From the NCBI GenBank assembly GCA_965153455.1, contig OZ234493.1:33842213-33906212 (forward strand): a stretch of 64,000 bases of DNA, written 5' to 3'. The position numbers and the translations under genes are program-made. Each line of letters opens with the position of its first letter. The first letter of the stretch is position 1. Source of the stretch: Sphagnum compactum (Eukaryota). The notes below the pieces were generated by a model. The model did no database searches, was not told the origin of the DNA, and was given only the letters and a program-made list of their open reading frames with translations. Below, in pieces: positions 38,827 to 52,156 of this stretch.

Positions 38827-39220
38827 CAGTGTCTGGTGTGGATATTTGAATTTATAAAGGAATTGCTGCTTCCAGTTTTTTTTTAAAAAATATTTCAGAA
38901 TCAGACAACCCTTGGTTTCAATTCTCTGGAGAAAAAAATTCAGAATCAAAGAACCACCCATCCCAGTTATTTGAAAAATGTTAAAGAAACCAGCGGCTTT
39001 TTATGAAAGAACCAGTGGGTTATGGGCAAGTATTTGATATTTTCAATTCTTTGGAGAACCGTGATCATTTTGAGAATCGTGGTCATATATTAGAACAGGT
39101 TCTTTGATTTTTTTGAGAATCGCAAGCATGAATTCTGAGAATCACTATGAGCAAATCATGTCCGCTGCAACTATGGTTTTTAATAACTGGCCAACAGTGG
39201 TATATGTACCTCTAATATTC
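38827..39220. mobile_element. Degenerate relative of the 38185-38542 MITE
   Basis: Starts CAGTGT and shares AAGAACC, GGTTCTTTGA and TTTTGAGAATCG blocks in the same order. Right end and TSD are degenerate. Confidence 0.55.
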
Positions 39221-40512
39221 TTGGCATCTTTTGTACAAGTCCTCAAGTAGGGACTACCCCCACACATCACACCCATTGAATGAAACACTCATCTGATCCG
39301 GGATTCTTTTGAGCTTGTTTTGAGTTTCAGATTCTTTTGACTATTACTATGCAAATCAATTTCAAGTTCTGGCCGAAGCTTGTCAACTCCCTAGCAAACT
39401 ACAATTTGTTCTTCTAACTTAATATCTTAATCAAAAAACCAAATCCTGCTTACGAAAAAAAGTGATGTGTTCAAAGCTACAATTGCAATTAAGACTTTAG
39501 TAAAATATGAACATCAGCAAGCAAGCAAGCAAGCAAAGCACTGCTGATGAGAATTTCACAGTGTTTCTATGATGTCCATGATTGCCAATCTCATGAGTCC
39601 CTTATTATCAAGTGTTGCAAATTGCAACCCAATTGTAATTTGCAAGTAAATTTCCCAAATGAAAAGTTTCAAGTTGTGTGAAAAAAAAGAGAAAAAAATG
39701 GACTACCTGCCTACCTTATTAGGGGTCAAATACTAAAGTTATCGTTCCTGCATGATAAGAAGGTGCCAGGATGTTCTGGCAACACTCCAACAAAAGGTGT
39801 CCTTGTACGCCAAATGATTTCGAATGATCCTGTTATATAAGAGTAGATGCGCCCACACCCAATAGGCTATATTGTTTGAAATCTGCTTAATCAGATACTA
39901 TGTGCAGATTGAAGAATTATGGCACCTAGTATTCTACCAGACTACTAATACCTCCTCTAATCCTCTGAGTGGTGAGACTAGAATCCTCTAGTCCTGAGCT
40001 ACAATATAACTGGAAAGAATCTGCTCAAACAATTTGAGAGAAGTAGCTGGCTGGCTGGGGAGCAGATGTGATCTGCCAACTAGAATTAAATGCAGATCTA
40101 GACAACTTTCTACTACATTAATCTAGTAGAAATTTCTGTTTTTCCAGAAATTCAAGAGCTAAGAAATTCTAACTCCCCTGGCAAGTAGTTAAAAGATGAT
40201 CATGATGATCATGGTACTAATTTGTTGCCATTTGAACTAACCCTAAAATCAACCTCTAGAATTTGTCTGATGCAGAATCTGCTCGACAACAAGGTTGCCA
40301 CCATGATGATCAAACTCTGCTGGTTTAGGGTTTCATTAGGGTTCCACTAGCTTCAACTCCATGCTGAGGAACTAGGACCAGTTTAAAGTCTGGCACTAGT
40401 AGTACTGCTACTACTAGTATCAGGTCTGATTTGTTGCAAAATTTTGCATCAAAGAGGGAAGAACTAAGTACTTCACTGGGATTCAAATATCCAAATGGAA
40501 CTGGAGGACTAG

Positions 40513-41960
40513 CTAGAGAGAGAGAGAGATCAATGACAAGCTGGTTAAGAATGTGATGGTGACTAACAAGAATGGTAATTTGATAAAAAGTTGATTGCAG
40601 ATAATCATCAGAGGAAGATTTGAGGAAGAGGTTGTTGATCTTGACAGATTTAACATTGTAAGTAGTGTCTTCTTCTGAAAGCTTCTTGATGATGATGATG
40701 ACGAGGAGCCCAGTAGTAGTGATCCAGCAGCACTACTCATGTCAAAAGGGATTTCAAAACCTGGTGCAGATGCTTCACCACTGGAATCCGGTTGAACAGG
40801 ATCATTGTTGGAATTAGGCAGAGTGGTTGCAGCAGGAGATGATCCACCACCACCACTTCTACCAACACTCTGTTGTCCAGTCATATCGATGCTATACACA
40901 TTGGTACCATTGGGGTACAAGAGGCCCCAGTGTCGCTCGGTTCCAGGACCCGGTTTCAGATCCTCGTTGAAGAGAGCGAAAATGAAAGTGGGGATGAAGA
41001 TCCCAGGTCGAGAAGGAGTACCCACGGAAGAAGTGGACAGCATCTTGTCCACCAATTTCCTGTTATAATTCTCAGCGTTGGGTATATTGCAACCCGGTTG
41101 ATCTGGATCACCCGACGTAGGCCATCCAGTCTCACTGATGGCGAGTCTCACATCCCCGTAACCCAATCTGGTCATGGCTGCATTCACGGCATCAAGCTGA
41201 GCATCTAGCAGGTTGTAGTACTTCAATCCCGTGTCTAGCACCCCGGCAACAGGACTCTCGAAGAGCGCGTATTGCAATGGAATCTGTCCGGAGTTGCTAG
41301 CCCATGCGAAGTAAGGATACGCATTGATATAGAAGTAGGAGTAAGTGGTAGACAAGAATTGCAACAGCGGTTGTACATAAGGAACAGCAATGTCTTCGTC
41401 GAAAGCTCCAGCTGATGGCGGATAGGAACTCCCCAAGGCACTCAATGCAACTGCTGTGGAGATCTTGATGGTCTGCGACAAGTTATGGTTTGTCAAGCTC
41501 GCATGGATGTTCCAGATGCACGGCATGAGCTGGTCCCACAGTGGCTGGAACCCTGGATCCGCCCACAGCTCGTTTCCTACATGGATGGTGGTGATATCTG
41601 TGGCCGGGTAATACGCCAGGACGTTCTCCTGGACCCAAAGCTCGGCAGTCGCATTGCTGGCGGCTACTGCGGCGATGTCTTCGTTCGGGAGTGCCGAGAT
41701 GACTTGTAATCCCGTGTGGGCTAGTGCTGTCAGTACTGTTGGATCTGAGTCGAACAGCTTCACTCGTCCTATCTTCATGCTCTGGATCAACACTACTACT
41801 TCCTCTGGTGTCGGGAGATTGTCTGCAATGCGCCCGTAGTTGATTCCTATTGTGTTTGCCTCTTTTGGGTACGACCCTGTTTGCAAGCAGCAAGCAAACA
41901 AGCAAGCAATCCAAGTTGTTGTGAGCAACCATCAATGGCAGTGTGCACACTACTACTAAG

Positions 41961-42022
<62 letters not shown>

Positions 42023-42437
42023 CGAGTCTTCTTCTTCAACATGTACTTACGTGTAACAGATTACAGACGCATTAATGTCGATCCTGCCACTAGGGTTGAA
42101 AGATACAACAAGATCATCTAGGCAGTAAAAACCAGAGCCGATATATATTAGCAACTCATCTTGAGTCTTACGTACCAGAATTTGCACCTTGAACCGGATC
42201 GGCATCATCAGTTTGGCAAAAGGCCGGTAGCACAAGGAGGAGGAGGAGGAGGAGGATACACAGACTTTGTAGAGAAAGCAAACTCCCAATATTCCTGCAA
42301 CTACAACTCGCAGCTGCTGCTGCTCCAGCTTGTCTTGAAGTCCTAATCAGCCTGGGCGCTAATACAATTCCTCCTCCTCCTCCTTTTTCTTCCCGACTTC
42401 TCCTGCAAGCAGCTGCAGCTGCTGAATATTCTCCCAT
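40513..42437 (-). CDS. Glucan endo-1,3-beta-glucosidase (GH17), probably secreted/GPI-anchored, 2 exons, ~541 aa
   Basis: Exons 42437-42176 and 41876-40513 (1626 nt, in frame). Motifs IGINYGRIADNLP, VGNE (acid/base), INAYPYF, ISETGWP (nucleophile), FALFNEDLKPG..ERHWGL. Hydrophobic signal-like stretch in exon 1, Ser-rich linker, hydrophobic C-terminus, no X8 domain. Start codon is less certain. Confidence 0.92.
41964..42019. repeat. (CT)n microsatellite in the GH17 intron
   Basis: Seen directly in the sequence. Confidence 0.95.
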
Positions 42438-44039
42438 TTTGTTTCTAAATCACTTTCTCAAGCACCCCTGAATCAGCTCCCGCAGAGTCCAAGCTGCTGC
42501 TGCAGCTGCAGCACTTAGATCTTTGAAACTCTCTCTATTGCTAGTCTTATAGATCCCACCATGAATTCTTGCGTACCAGCTGCTGCAGTTGCTACAACCC
42601 CATAATAAAATTGTAGCTTGACAGCTGCTGCAATCTTTCCTGAAGAAGAAGAATCACAAAACACACATCATGAAACCAAACAGAAATCACAGCTGCTGTT
42701 AGTTGCATGTAGCTATCATACACTCAGAGAGAATGAGTCTCCTTTGTAAGCTAGTGCTACTAGTTATTCAGAGGACCATTCTGAGATTCACCTCGTTGCT
42801 TCAGAACTAATTAAGTCTACTAGTCCATGTAATGTCTACAACAGATTTGTTTGAAGACTTTGATGGAGGAAATGTTTTGCAGCTGTGAGAAGAATCATGA
42901 TTTCAAACTTGTGATCTTGCAAAGCAAAATTAGTACTAAATTTCTGAAACTTTTTTGTGCATTGATACATGTCCAATAGATCATCTCTAGCTGATAATTG
43001 AATGCAATTTGTTTTGCAACTATGTGAGACTCTACTAGAATCTTGAGGTGATCATGAGGGGTCACTGTGAAGGATCTGAATTTTTCTGGCACAATGTGAC
43101 TGGTCAGAACTTTGTTGTAATATCAGACTGCCATTGCTAGGCTACTACTGTAACTGCTAGCTGCTGCATAACTGCAATGGCAATTGTAACCCTAGTCTTA
43201 TTAAAATACACTGCAGTTGTTGCAACTCTCTGTACAAAACTAGCCTTGAAACCAGTCACTGTGCTCTGAAGCTAGGGCCTTGGTAGAGCAGGCCTCCTCT
43301 TCCTCCTCCTCCTCCTCCTCCTCCTCACAAAGAAGAGCTTTTCTTCCTTCCCCCCTTACCTGCTTTTTAACTGAAGTTTGTTCATTTCCCGGATCATGAG
43401 CAACCACAGTTCTAAATTAGCTGATGAAAAAGTTTCACACACTACAACAACAAAAGTGGTCCCTGAATGTCAAGTGATTTTAGTAAAGTGAATTCATTGC
43501 TCGTAATAAATAAATAAATGAGGATTAGTTGAAAAGTAATGAATTCACTTGTCTAATGAAAAAGGACTAATGAATTGCACTCACATTCTTTTGAAAACAA
43601 CTATTTCAATTATATACCTTTGAAAGATTGCTGCTTCAAATTCTTCACAAGCAAGCTAGCTAGCTGCAGTTTGGATTCCATACCCGTGTGGGGGCGAGTA
43701 TTAAAAACTCCCTCCCCGCCCCTCCCCCCCGCCCCCCTGGGGCCAGCATGGTTGCGGGGCCAGGTATTGGAATAACTATGATTATCAAATATCAAATACC
43801 CATTTTTAAACCATGGTAAGGGAAAGGTCTCCGGTTCAAGTCAGGTCGTAGGCTCTGTGGAAAGCTTTTTTTGAGCTATTTGAAAAGTATCCATATTTTT
43901 TATAAAAAATTGGTGTATTTTTTATTAGTGAATATATATTTGATTGTTATATAAAAGCCAGGTTTCTAGGCAGTTATTTGACTTTTTCAAAAAATTGGAG
44001 AACCAAAGTTATATATAGTAATCGGTTTACCAAATAATT

Positions 44040-44182
44040 GGGTAGGTAATCCAGATATATAAAAGGATGCTCAATTTTTATTTTTATTTAAATTCTTTTT
44101 AATAGCCAGATTTGGCTAAATCCTCTCATGGATGATCACCACTTCAGCTACATCACAAAATTGAAAAAGAAAAAAAACAGTA
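44040..44182. mobile_element. Short dispersed repeat family B (core TAGCCAGATTTGGCTAAAT...GATGATCACCACTTT.GCTACATCACAAAA)
   Basis: Related copies at ~22040-22200, 46575-46790, 48630-48720 (inverted), 49680-49840 and 63390-63529. Two copies end in AACACTG, an hAT-like terminus. Confidence 0.7.
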
Positions 44183-45418
44183 GTAAAAAATAGTACCACA
44201 TAAATCTTTCAAGGATTTATTATATCCATGTAATGAAATTTGAAACCTTACATTGTTATCAGAAATTCCAAACATAAGAGTGTTATTTCCCTCTTCGACT
44301 ACTACTCGAGACTTCAAATTTTGTTGTCTTTGTCATCATCTAATCTGTGATGAATGAGAATCAGGCAAGCAAACGGATATCAGTCATCAGAGCAACACTC
44401 CTCCTTAGTAGGGTATAATTGAAATCTTTGGGTTTTTTTGTAGAAATAAATTTCCTGTGTTTTTTATCAGCACTTCTCATAATGTTCTGATGCTCCCCAG
44501 AGATTGAAGACCACTTTTGTTTGTGGCAACTCTTGTTGGTGTCCTATGTCTCAACACTTTTTGTTTGCAGTGGGTTCCTGTAGAATACTTGGAGTTCATG
44601 GCCACTTCCAAAAAGGCCAGATATATATATATATATATATGAATGTATGGTGAATTCAAGTTGTCAAATCTGGATGCTTTGAATTTCTTTGTAAAGTGTG
44701 GGTAGTCCTGGACTGAATGATTTCTTGTTGTGTATGTATGTATACATCATCATCCTCTCTGGAAGTAAGTACATGGAAGTATGGTTTGTGGCAACAATTT
44801 TAGGGGTTCACTTTGAGGGATGATGGGTGCAGGCTTTTTACACATGAATGAGTAGTAGTATTCAACATTGTGCCAAGAATGTTTTTTGGAGATATTATCG
44901 ATCTTTACCAATTTAGATAGAGACAAGCAAGACCCATGATTATGTATCTAAAAGTGCCCAAGGTTTCATGCAAGAGCATCCCAGGCTCGAGTGGTTCCCC
45001 CCGCCCCATGCAATCAATCATTCATAAAAAAGAGGATGCAAAAATTCAAGAGTTTCAAAGCATTGAATGAAAGTCAAAAAAGGGTTCACTCAATCAAAGC
45101 CACTTTCTGGTATTCCAAATCCCCCTTTCTCTCTCATATTGTGGAATATAAGTGTTGAAAGAAAACAGCACAGAGTTTGGTTCCCGACTCAAATTTTTAT
45201 TTTAAAAACCAAAGTGAACATAACACTTTCTATGATCCTAACTTCAATGAAACTAACCCCAAGTCACAAACTTTCTAAGCACTTTGGAAGAACTGGAAAA
45301 TGGGAGACTACAATAATTTATGAGAAAGAGTTATCTGTAAAGTGCTCCAAACTGGGGATATTACAAACCAGTTTTGCCAAAAGTCGGGACGAAATGAAAA
45401 GTCAAAATGAAAACAATA

Positions 45419-45920
45419 GACTTATCCATAAAGTCATCCTGTCTTCACCCTGTCTTTGGGCCTGCTTTCACCCCCTATATATACCCCTCTTTCAGTGGTA
45501 TCTGCAAAGTAAGGAAATTCCGTTAAATCTCAGGGTGAAATGCTGAAACTCAGCATTTAATGCACAAGGTTCGAGAGTAATTATAGTAGTTGTGCGGGTA
45601 GGAGCAGCGAAAATATATGTAGCACCAGTGGAGGCGGTCAGGAAAATGGAAAGACAGGATGAAACTCAGTTTAGCAGCCCCCCAGTTTTGGATTTGCCTT
45701 AGCTGCTGCACCTTTGCAGCTTCTTTTGATTCTTGATAAATCAAAGCCTCATCAAAATAATGGCCCTGCAAATCTTTCAAGCTGATGTCCAGTTCCATGA
45801 AATGGTACCCGAATTCAGTCGATTTAAATTTGCAGCTACACTCAAACAGGGGATGAAAGAGGGAATTAGAGGGTCAAACTATGGCCCAAAATCAAGGTGA
45901 CTTGACGACGAATATTTCTA
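45419..45920. mobile_element. MITE family A copy 3 with a different right half
   Basis: 45419-45672 matches family A; 45673-45895 is unrelated to copies 1 and 2; degenerate right TIR GGTGACTTGACGACGAATATTTC near 45896-45919. Confidence 0.7.
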
Positions 45921-46574
45921 TATTAGTGACCCGGAAGAAAATGGATGATAACTTTGGGAAATATATATAAAAAAAACTCACAATGCTGAAACTAAACCCC
46001 ATGGATGGATGGATGGATGGATGGGGAGAAAAAGGGTACCTACTATATATTAACTTTTGTTGACCCAACCCTAGTAACATCCAAAAGCAAAGCTGGGGTG
46101 AAGAAGAAGTACATACATACTACTCTATGCACATGCAGAGCATCTGGGTTTGGCTTCTACAGCCCAATAATGGAAGAAGCCTGGACTTAGTGTGGCTTTG
46201 GATTCATGACCTTGGAACTCCTTCCTGTTAGCCTAACAATTTGTTGCCCAATGGGGGGGTCTGCTCATCCTCAGATGCTGCTCATGCTGCATGACATGAA
46301 TTTAGTACAAAAACAACAACCCTTTTAATGGAATTTCCTTACTTTGCAGATACCACTGAAACAGATGTCTGGCAGATTATCAGTTGCACCAGTGCTCTCC
46401 ATAGGCCCAATTGGGGGGGGGGAGGTGGGGGGGGGCAGGAATTTGATGGTCCCAATTTCCCCCGTATTGCTGTCCAGGCTTTTTCTCTTTTTTCTGGCTA
46501 TTTATATATATAGTGTCAAAATTCTATATTTTTTAATAAAAAGTGCTAAAATCATCATGTGCTTTTTGAGATTT

Positions 46575-46790
46575 TCAGTAGCCAGAATTGGACCAAAATT
46601 TAAGAAAAATTGCCAGATTTCTATATGTGGTTTAAGTAAGGTAGCCCAAAATATATAGAAGTATGTTTAAAAAATTTTAGTTTCATATTTAAATAGTTTG
46701 TAGCCAAATTTGGCTAAATATTATTCCTGTTGACCACTGCCACTTTGGCTATAGCATAAAATTGCCCCCAAAAAAACAAAAAATAACACT
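46575..46790. mobile_element. Dispersed repeat family B copy
   Basis: TAGCCAAATTTGGCTAAAT...CCACTTTGGCTA...AACACTG. Confidence 0.65.
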
Positions 46791-48002
46791 GTTGCTATCC
46801 CATTTGCTCTCATATCTCTCTCATCCTCAGAAATGATTGCCAATGAAGAAGGGGCTCTTTTTGTCATAACACAATTCTGTAGTAAAGTTATAACCTGAGA
46901 ATGATTGTTTGTTATCATTGCACCTGAGGTGGTGGTTTCCTAATTTTTCAGACCTATGGTATGGGAGTTATTGATTTTTTGGAGCAATTTTTTGTCATTA
47001 AAAAAAATTCAACAAAAATCAAAATCCCATTTTTTTATATATACAGAAATATTGGATTTCACACAACTAAAAGGGTGATTTATTATTTTTTTATTCATTG
47101 GAAATTACCTCAATAAAATAATAATGCTCAAATGTTACTACTACACTAGTATTGTAACTAGAATTTTTTTACCTCTTGTGGTGCAACAAGTTCTTTTGAG
47201 TTTTGTTTTCTCGGATTTCTCTCATCCAACTAGGTTCAAGTCTTGGTACTACTCTCCTTTTTTAAAGATCTATCCTAACTTCACATTTTTAAAAAAATAA
47301 ATTAACGGTGTGTTAGTTAATCTATGAAGTACTTGAGAAGTATGGAATTTAGATTTTTGGTTTCCTAGAACTAGATGAATTGAAAACCCCGACAATACCA
47401 AAAACATACCTAACCCAATTTAGGAAATAATACTTTAAAGCATATAAAAAATGGCCTAATTTATCATAATGTAAATTGATGTGCTTCAAGGGAACTTGAA
47501 AGATTGTGTTTCACATATGCAAAAAAAGATTGTTTCATAGTCTTTACTAGAATGGAGGACTAGGTTGTTGCCATCATAGATTTTTTGCTTGCAGAATTGA
47601 CGTATGCTTATTATCATGGCCAAGTGCACACGACCCAAGGAATCAAAGAAGAGGGGACATACGGAGGGCCCTTCCTGTTAATTCAGCTTGTGGGTCCTGT
47701 CTGGGTACTCTCAATAAGTTATCATGTATGGGACCTACATACATACAAGTGTCTTAGGATGCCCAAAGGGCCAACAAATTTTTCCAACCATGATTCCCAT
47801 CTCCAATGAAGCATTTGTCCCAAAAGGTACAAAATCAAAAGGATGCAACATTTTGGTCATGTGCCCATCTTTAGGTTTTTATTTTTTATGTTTGTGTTTT
47901 ATTGTGCTTGCTTTGGAGTCCTTTTGAAAGTTTGAAAATTGAATGATTGATTTGACATGTTCATTTGCTAGTTCATATCTTACAATAGTAAAGACATTTA
48001 GA

Positions 48003-48476
48003 GAGTTTTCCGTAAAGTCACCCTATCTTCACCCTGTCTTTGGGCATGCTTTCTTCACCCCCTTATACTACAATCTTTGAGTCAGGTCTGCAAAGTAAGG
48101 AAATTTTATTAAATCTGGGTATGAAATGCGCTGAAACTCCGTATTTAATGCACAAGGTTTGAGAGTAACTATATCATAATACCTTGGCCAATTCAACACA
48201 TGTCTGTCAAATAATTAATTAATTAATTTTGAAACATTCATTTGCAACAAATATTCCTAAACATCCACTATTTTCACAATGTTTTTTGACTTGGAAAGAA
48301 ATAATTTTTGAAAATTTCAACATTTCTGAAAATAATATACATTAGTGTCAAACTGGCCAAGGTACTAGCATAGTACTTGTACAAGTAAGAGCAGTGAAAA
48401 TATATGTAGCATCAAAGGAGGCGCTCAGGAAAAATGAAAAACAGGGGTCAAAACAGTATGAAACTCAGTTTACCAC
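48003..48476. mobile_element. MITE family A copy 4, truncated and interrupted
   Basis: Starts GAGTTTTCCGTAAAGTCA and matches family A up to GAAACTCAGTTTACCAC, apart from the insertion at 48174-48370. Confidence 0.8.
48174..48370. mobile_element. Tc1/mariner-type MITE nested in family A copy 4
   Basis: TIR TCATAATACCTTGGCCAATTCAACAC / GTGTCAAACTGGCCAAGGTACTAGCA. Host consensus GAGAGTAACTA-TA-GTAGTTG is split with TA duplicated (48172-48173, 48371-48372). Confidence 0.88.
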
Positions 48477-51400
48477 TTTAAAAAATGGTGCTTTTCTGCG
48501 TTTCAACCCCTTAATGGGAAAAAATAGATAAACAAATAAACAAACAAACCCATATTTTAAATAGAGTAACTACATTATGTTTTTTTGCAACCCAATGATG
48601 AAATTTCATTAAAGGAAATTGCCAGTTTCAATTTTTTGATGTAGCCAATTTTAAACTGGTGTGATCGCCCGCCCAAAAGAAGATTTAGCCAAATTTGGCT
48701 ATAGACCACATATGAAAGTTGAAAAATTTTAAGAGGATGGAGTATGTTTCAAGAATATCCATATTTGGGGATAGCAACATTCCACTATATTATTTGGTAT
48801 CTTGGATGGGTCTTTTTTTTAAACTTTGCTAGTAGTACATTTGTCATGTTATTGAATGAGTTCCTCCCCTCTTGTAAAGGGCTGTTTCTGAAGTAGTTGT
48901 CCAAACCTAGATTCTAAAAGGTAAACCCTAAAAAGTATTGAATATGTATGACAAGCACCAACCATAGTCCCCTTTACATTATTCATTCCAATGTATTCTT
49001 GCTGACCCAATTTGTTTTTTGGGAACAAGACCACATTACTTGGCACCAACTATTGTCACTTTGTAACACTCAATCAATTAAACTCAAATTTAAAAAATTA
49101 ATCTTAAGGCTAAACTTCATCCAATTATAATTTAAAGGCCACCCATCATTATATTGCTGGTGGTGGAGCTTCTCTTAGTGCTATTTATGTTAATGCAACA
49201 TCACAATTGCCATTGCCTAAGCAGGGTTTTTTTTATTTCAATTTTATGAATTTTTTTTTTTTAAAACTTGGCACATTTAATTTACCTGACAAACTTGATT
49301 AGGTGTGCAAAAGCATCACAAGGAGGAGGAAGTGGAGGAAATGGATGAAGAAAGGCCAAACAATGGGACTAGACTCTAGTTCAATTGTGGAATGCTCAAA
49401 TTCCCAATGTGCAATAATAGCTAAGACTAACAAGATGATTCAAAGTTCATCCATGGAGCACAAAATATGTGTTAGGTCCAATTGTTGGAATGGTGTGATG
49501 TATGATACCAATTTTGGTACATAGACACATTTATGAAAATTTCAAGAACTAGGGATACATCACTATAATTGGGGAATTTTTAACATTTTGAATTTCATGG
49601 TGGTACAAACAATTCATTATTATTGGTTTTTTTTTTCTGAAAAGAATGGTCCAAATTCGCCTCTAAAAAACATCAAAATGCCAGATTTTTTGTAATATGT
49701 TCCAGCAAGTAGCCAAAAATGTAGGACATTGCTTCTTCTTTTTTTTAATTATTTTTTGTAGTTCATTCCCACATTTGATTAAATTTTGTTATAGATGATC
49801 CCCACTTTTGCTACATCATGCAAATTTTTGGGAAAAAACAAGGGAAAAAAATGCACCAAGGCATTCTCACTAATTTTATGGCATTAAAATAAACTTAAAT
49901 TACATATTGATATTATCTGCAAAAATCATTGATGAATGACAATAACAAGCACATGACCATGGCCCAACTATATGGCCATGGAACTCTACATGTATCCAAA
50001 GAATGTACCCCCCTTGACCAAAATGGCATCATGTATCAATAACACCGTCCATCACATGCATTTATCTAGAGGGAGCCTATGTTTAGTTGTTTATTTGAAA
50101 TTGGATTTTGCATAGCATTTACCAAATTAGGCTTGTCTTACGTACGTTAGCTTTACATTGTTTAATCATCAAATTTTTTTTAAACCTCTTCTTTCATAAA
50201 TGTTCGTCAAACTATATAGATCATTATGCAATAGTCTAAATTTCTTCATTACCTTTACATTTGCATTGTCCATTTTTTTTACATGTGCCTATGTAACCAT
50301 TTTACAAAGTTGAAACAATACAATGGACAACTTGTGCAATGCTATGACTTAAGATCATAAGATCTATAGTTTGTAAAGCTATACGCCATTCATTTCACTA
50401 TGTCACCTGAATTGAAATTGTCTCATGAGTGCAACTTTGCAAACCACAAGATGTCACAAGCAAATTACCTAAACTTAAATGCATACACAATGTATAGGCA
50501 TGATCTTTGGTGAAAACATTATAGTTTGGTAGTTGATGTGCATTCCTTGTTCAAAAGTGGCCCTAAACATTTCAAAAATTGATCAAAGTCATCGAATAAA
50601 GAGAACTAACACTCTAACAACAAAGGTGCAAACCAAGCTAAGGTTATGTCTAATAATAATTTGTCAACAAGTCCAACTTGAAATCTATCATTTGGGTAAC
50701 AATGAAGATGAAGTCAAATGATACACCAAACATACTTAATTGAAAATACATCAAAACTTCAAACATGCTCCATCATACTAATTTACGAGACTAGTTCATG
50801 GTTCTTTTTCCCTTGGGCTATGTTGTGAAAACATACCACAATTGTGTTAAGACTTGATTGTCTTGAAAACGTGTAGTGGAATCACTAATTTTTTTAATTT
50901 TTTTTGCTACATGTGTTTAAGAACAAGAAATTTTTCTTCTATGGAGACATCTACTTGAACTCTTGATGTAAACATTGTTTTCAAACAAAAATAATAAATG
51001 TAAACTTGATGCGGAATCTACTAAAACTATCATGGGCATGAAAACTAACATACCCTCAAGTTTGTCAAATGGTATTGGTGGAAAACAACCTTTTTAATCA
51101 CACCATGTTAGTTAATTAATTAGTTCCAAACTAAATTGTTAATTTTGGACTTTTCAAATTTGGTGGTGAAGATCAGTTTTTTGAACAAAACATTGAAATT
51201 ATCTATTTTTTGGATCATTTAATAGAGCAAAACATTATTAATATTGTTGTTTCACCAGATGGTGGTCCCCAAATCAAAGTTTCTCTCCAAATTTTGAATC
51301 TCCAAATGGTCATTTGTTAATTCTTGACTTTTCAAAAATCCGAAATTAACTAAATACATGGCATTGTGCAAGAATTAGAACAAATTGTAACAAACACAAC

Positions 51401-52156
51401 CCTAGACCTAAGTCTATCCATGCATAAAAATAAAATTAAAACAAGGCCATGAATAGAGTTTTGTTTATAAACATTAAAAAGTTGAAAACGTGAAAAAACA
51501 AAAACAAGGCTAAAACATAAAATAATATTTTGAATTAATGTTGGACAATCTAAAGGTAATATGAAAAAAATAAATTCAATTTATGCCCATTTGGGAACCG
51601 AGCTCAAAAAAACTTCCATATGGCTGATATTCAAAACAATATTTGTGAGCACCTTCTTAAATACGTATTATGGATGAAAATTGGACATTGATGGATGAAA
51701 TGCATCCATGAATGATGAGTGAATGTAAATGGCATATCTTATGACTATATTGAATTATAGAAATCCTAATAAAAGTTTTATGTCTTACATTGGGGGTAGC
51801 TTCCAATATGACATTCATGACATATGCCAAAAATTTATGAAGTTCCAAAATCTTGAAAAATCAAATGAGCCAATTAGAGAATGAACCTTTGGGTGAAAGC
51901 ATGATAAATTAAACACAAAATGATATGTTGCAATGCAAAATTTGGGACGTTTTATGAAATTTGGGAAGTTTTGCATGTTGACAAATTCCCATTCCCAGAT
52001 TCATTTGGTGATGATAATGGGTTTGTGCATAACATCAAAAGGTGAAGGAGCTTGCAACCACAACTCCAATTGGAAAGGAGGATCTCAACCCTAACATGAC
52101 ACTCCATTGCAATATTTTTCATGATCAACAAAACAGTCTATGAATCTGCAAATTTT

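Noticed and set aside
40805..41950. Antisense and alternative-frame ORFs over the GH17 exon (likewise over RPL4, CHX and PP2C)
   Set aside because: Shadow ORFs of real coding sequence with no independent motifs.
47585..47850. Further MULE/SWIM-like fragment (GPTNF...FVPKGTKSKGC)
   Set aside because: Similarity is too short and spans different frames.
51540..52070. Helitron Rep/helicase relic on the minus strand
   Set aside because: Only vague resemblances across broken frames; not supportable without a frameshift-aware search.
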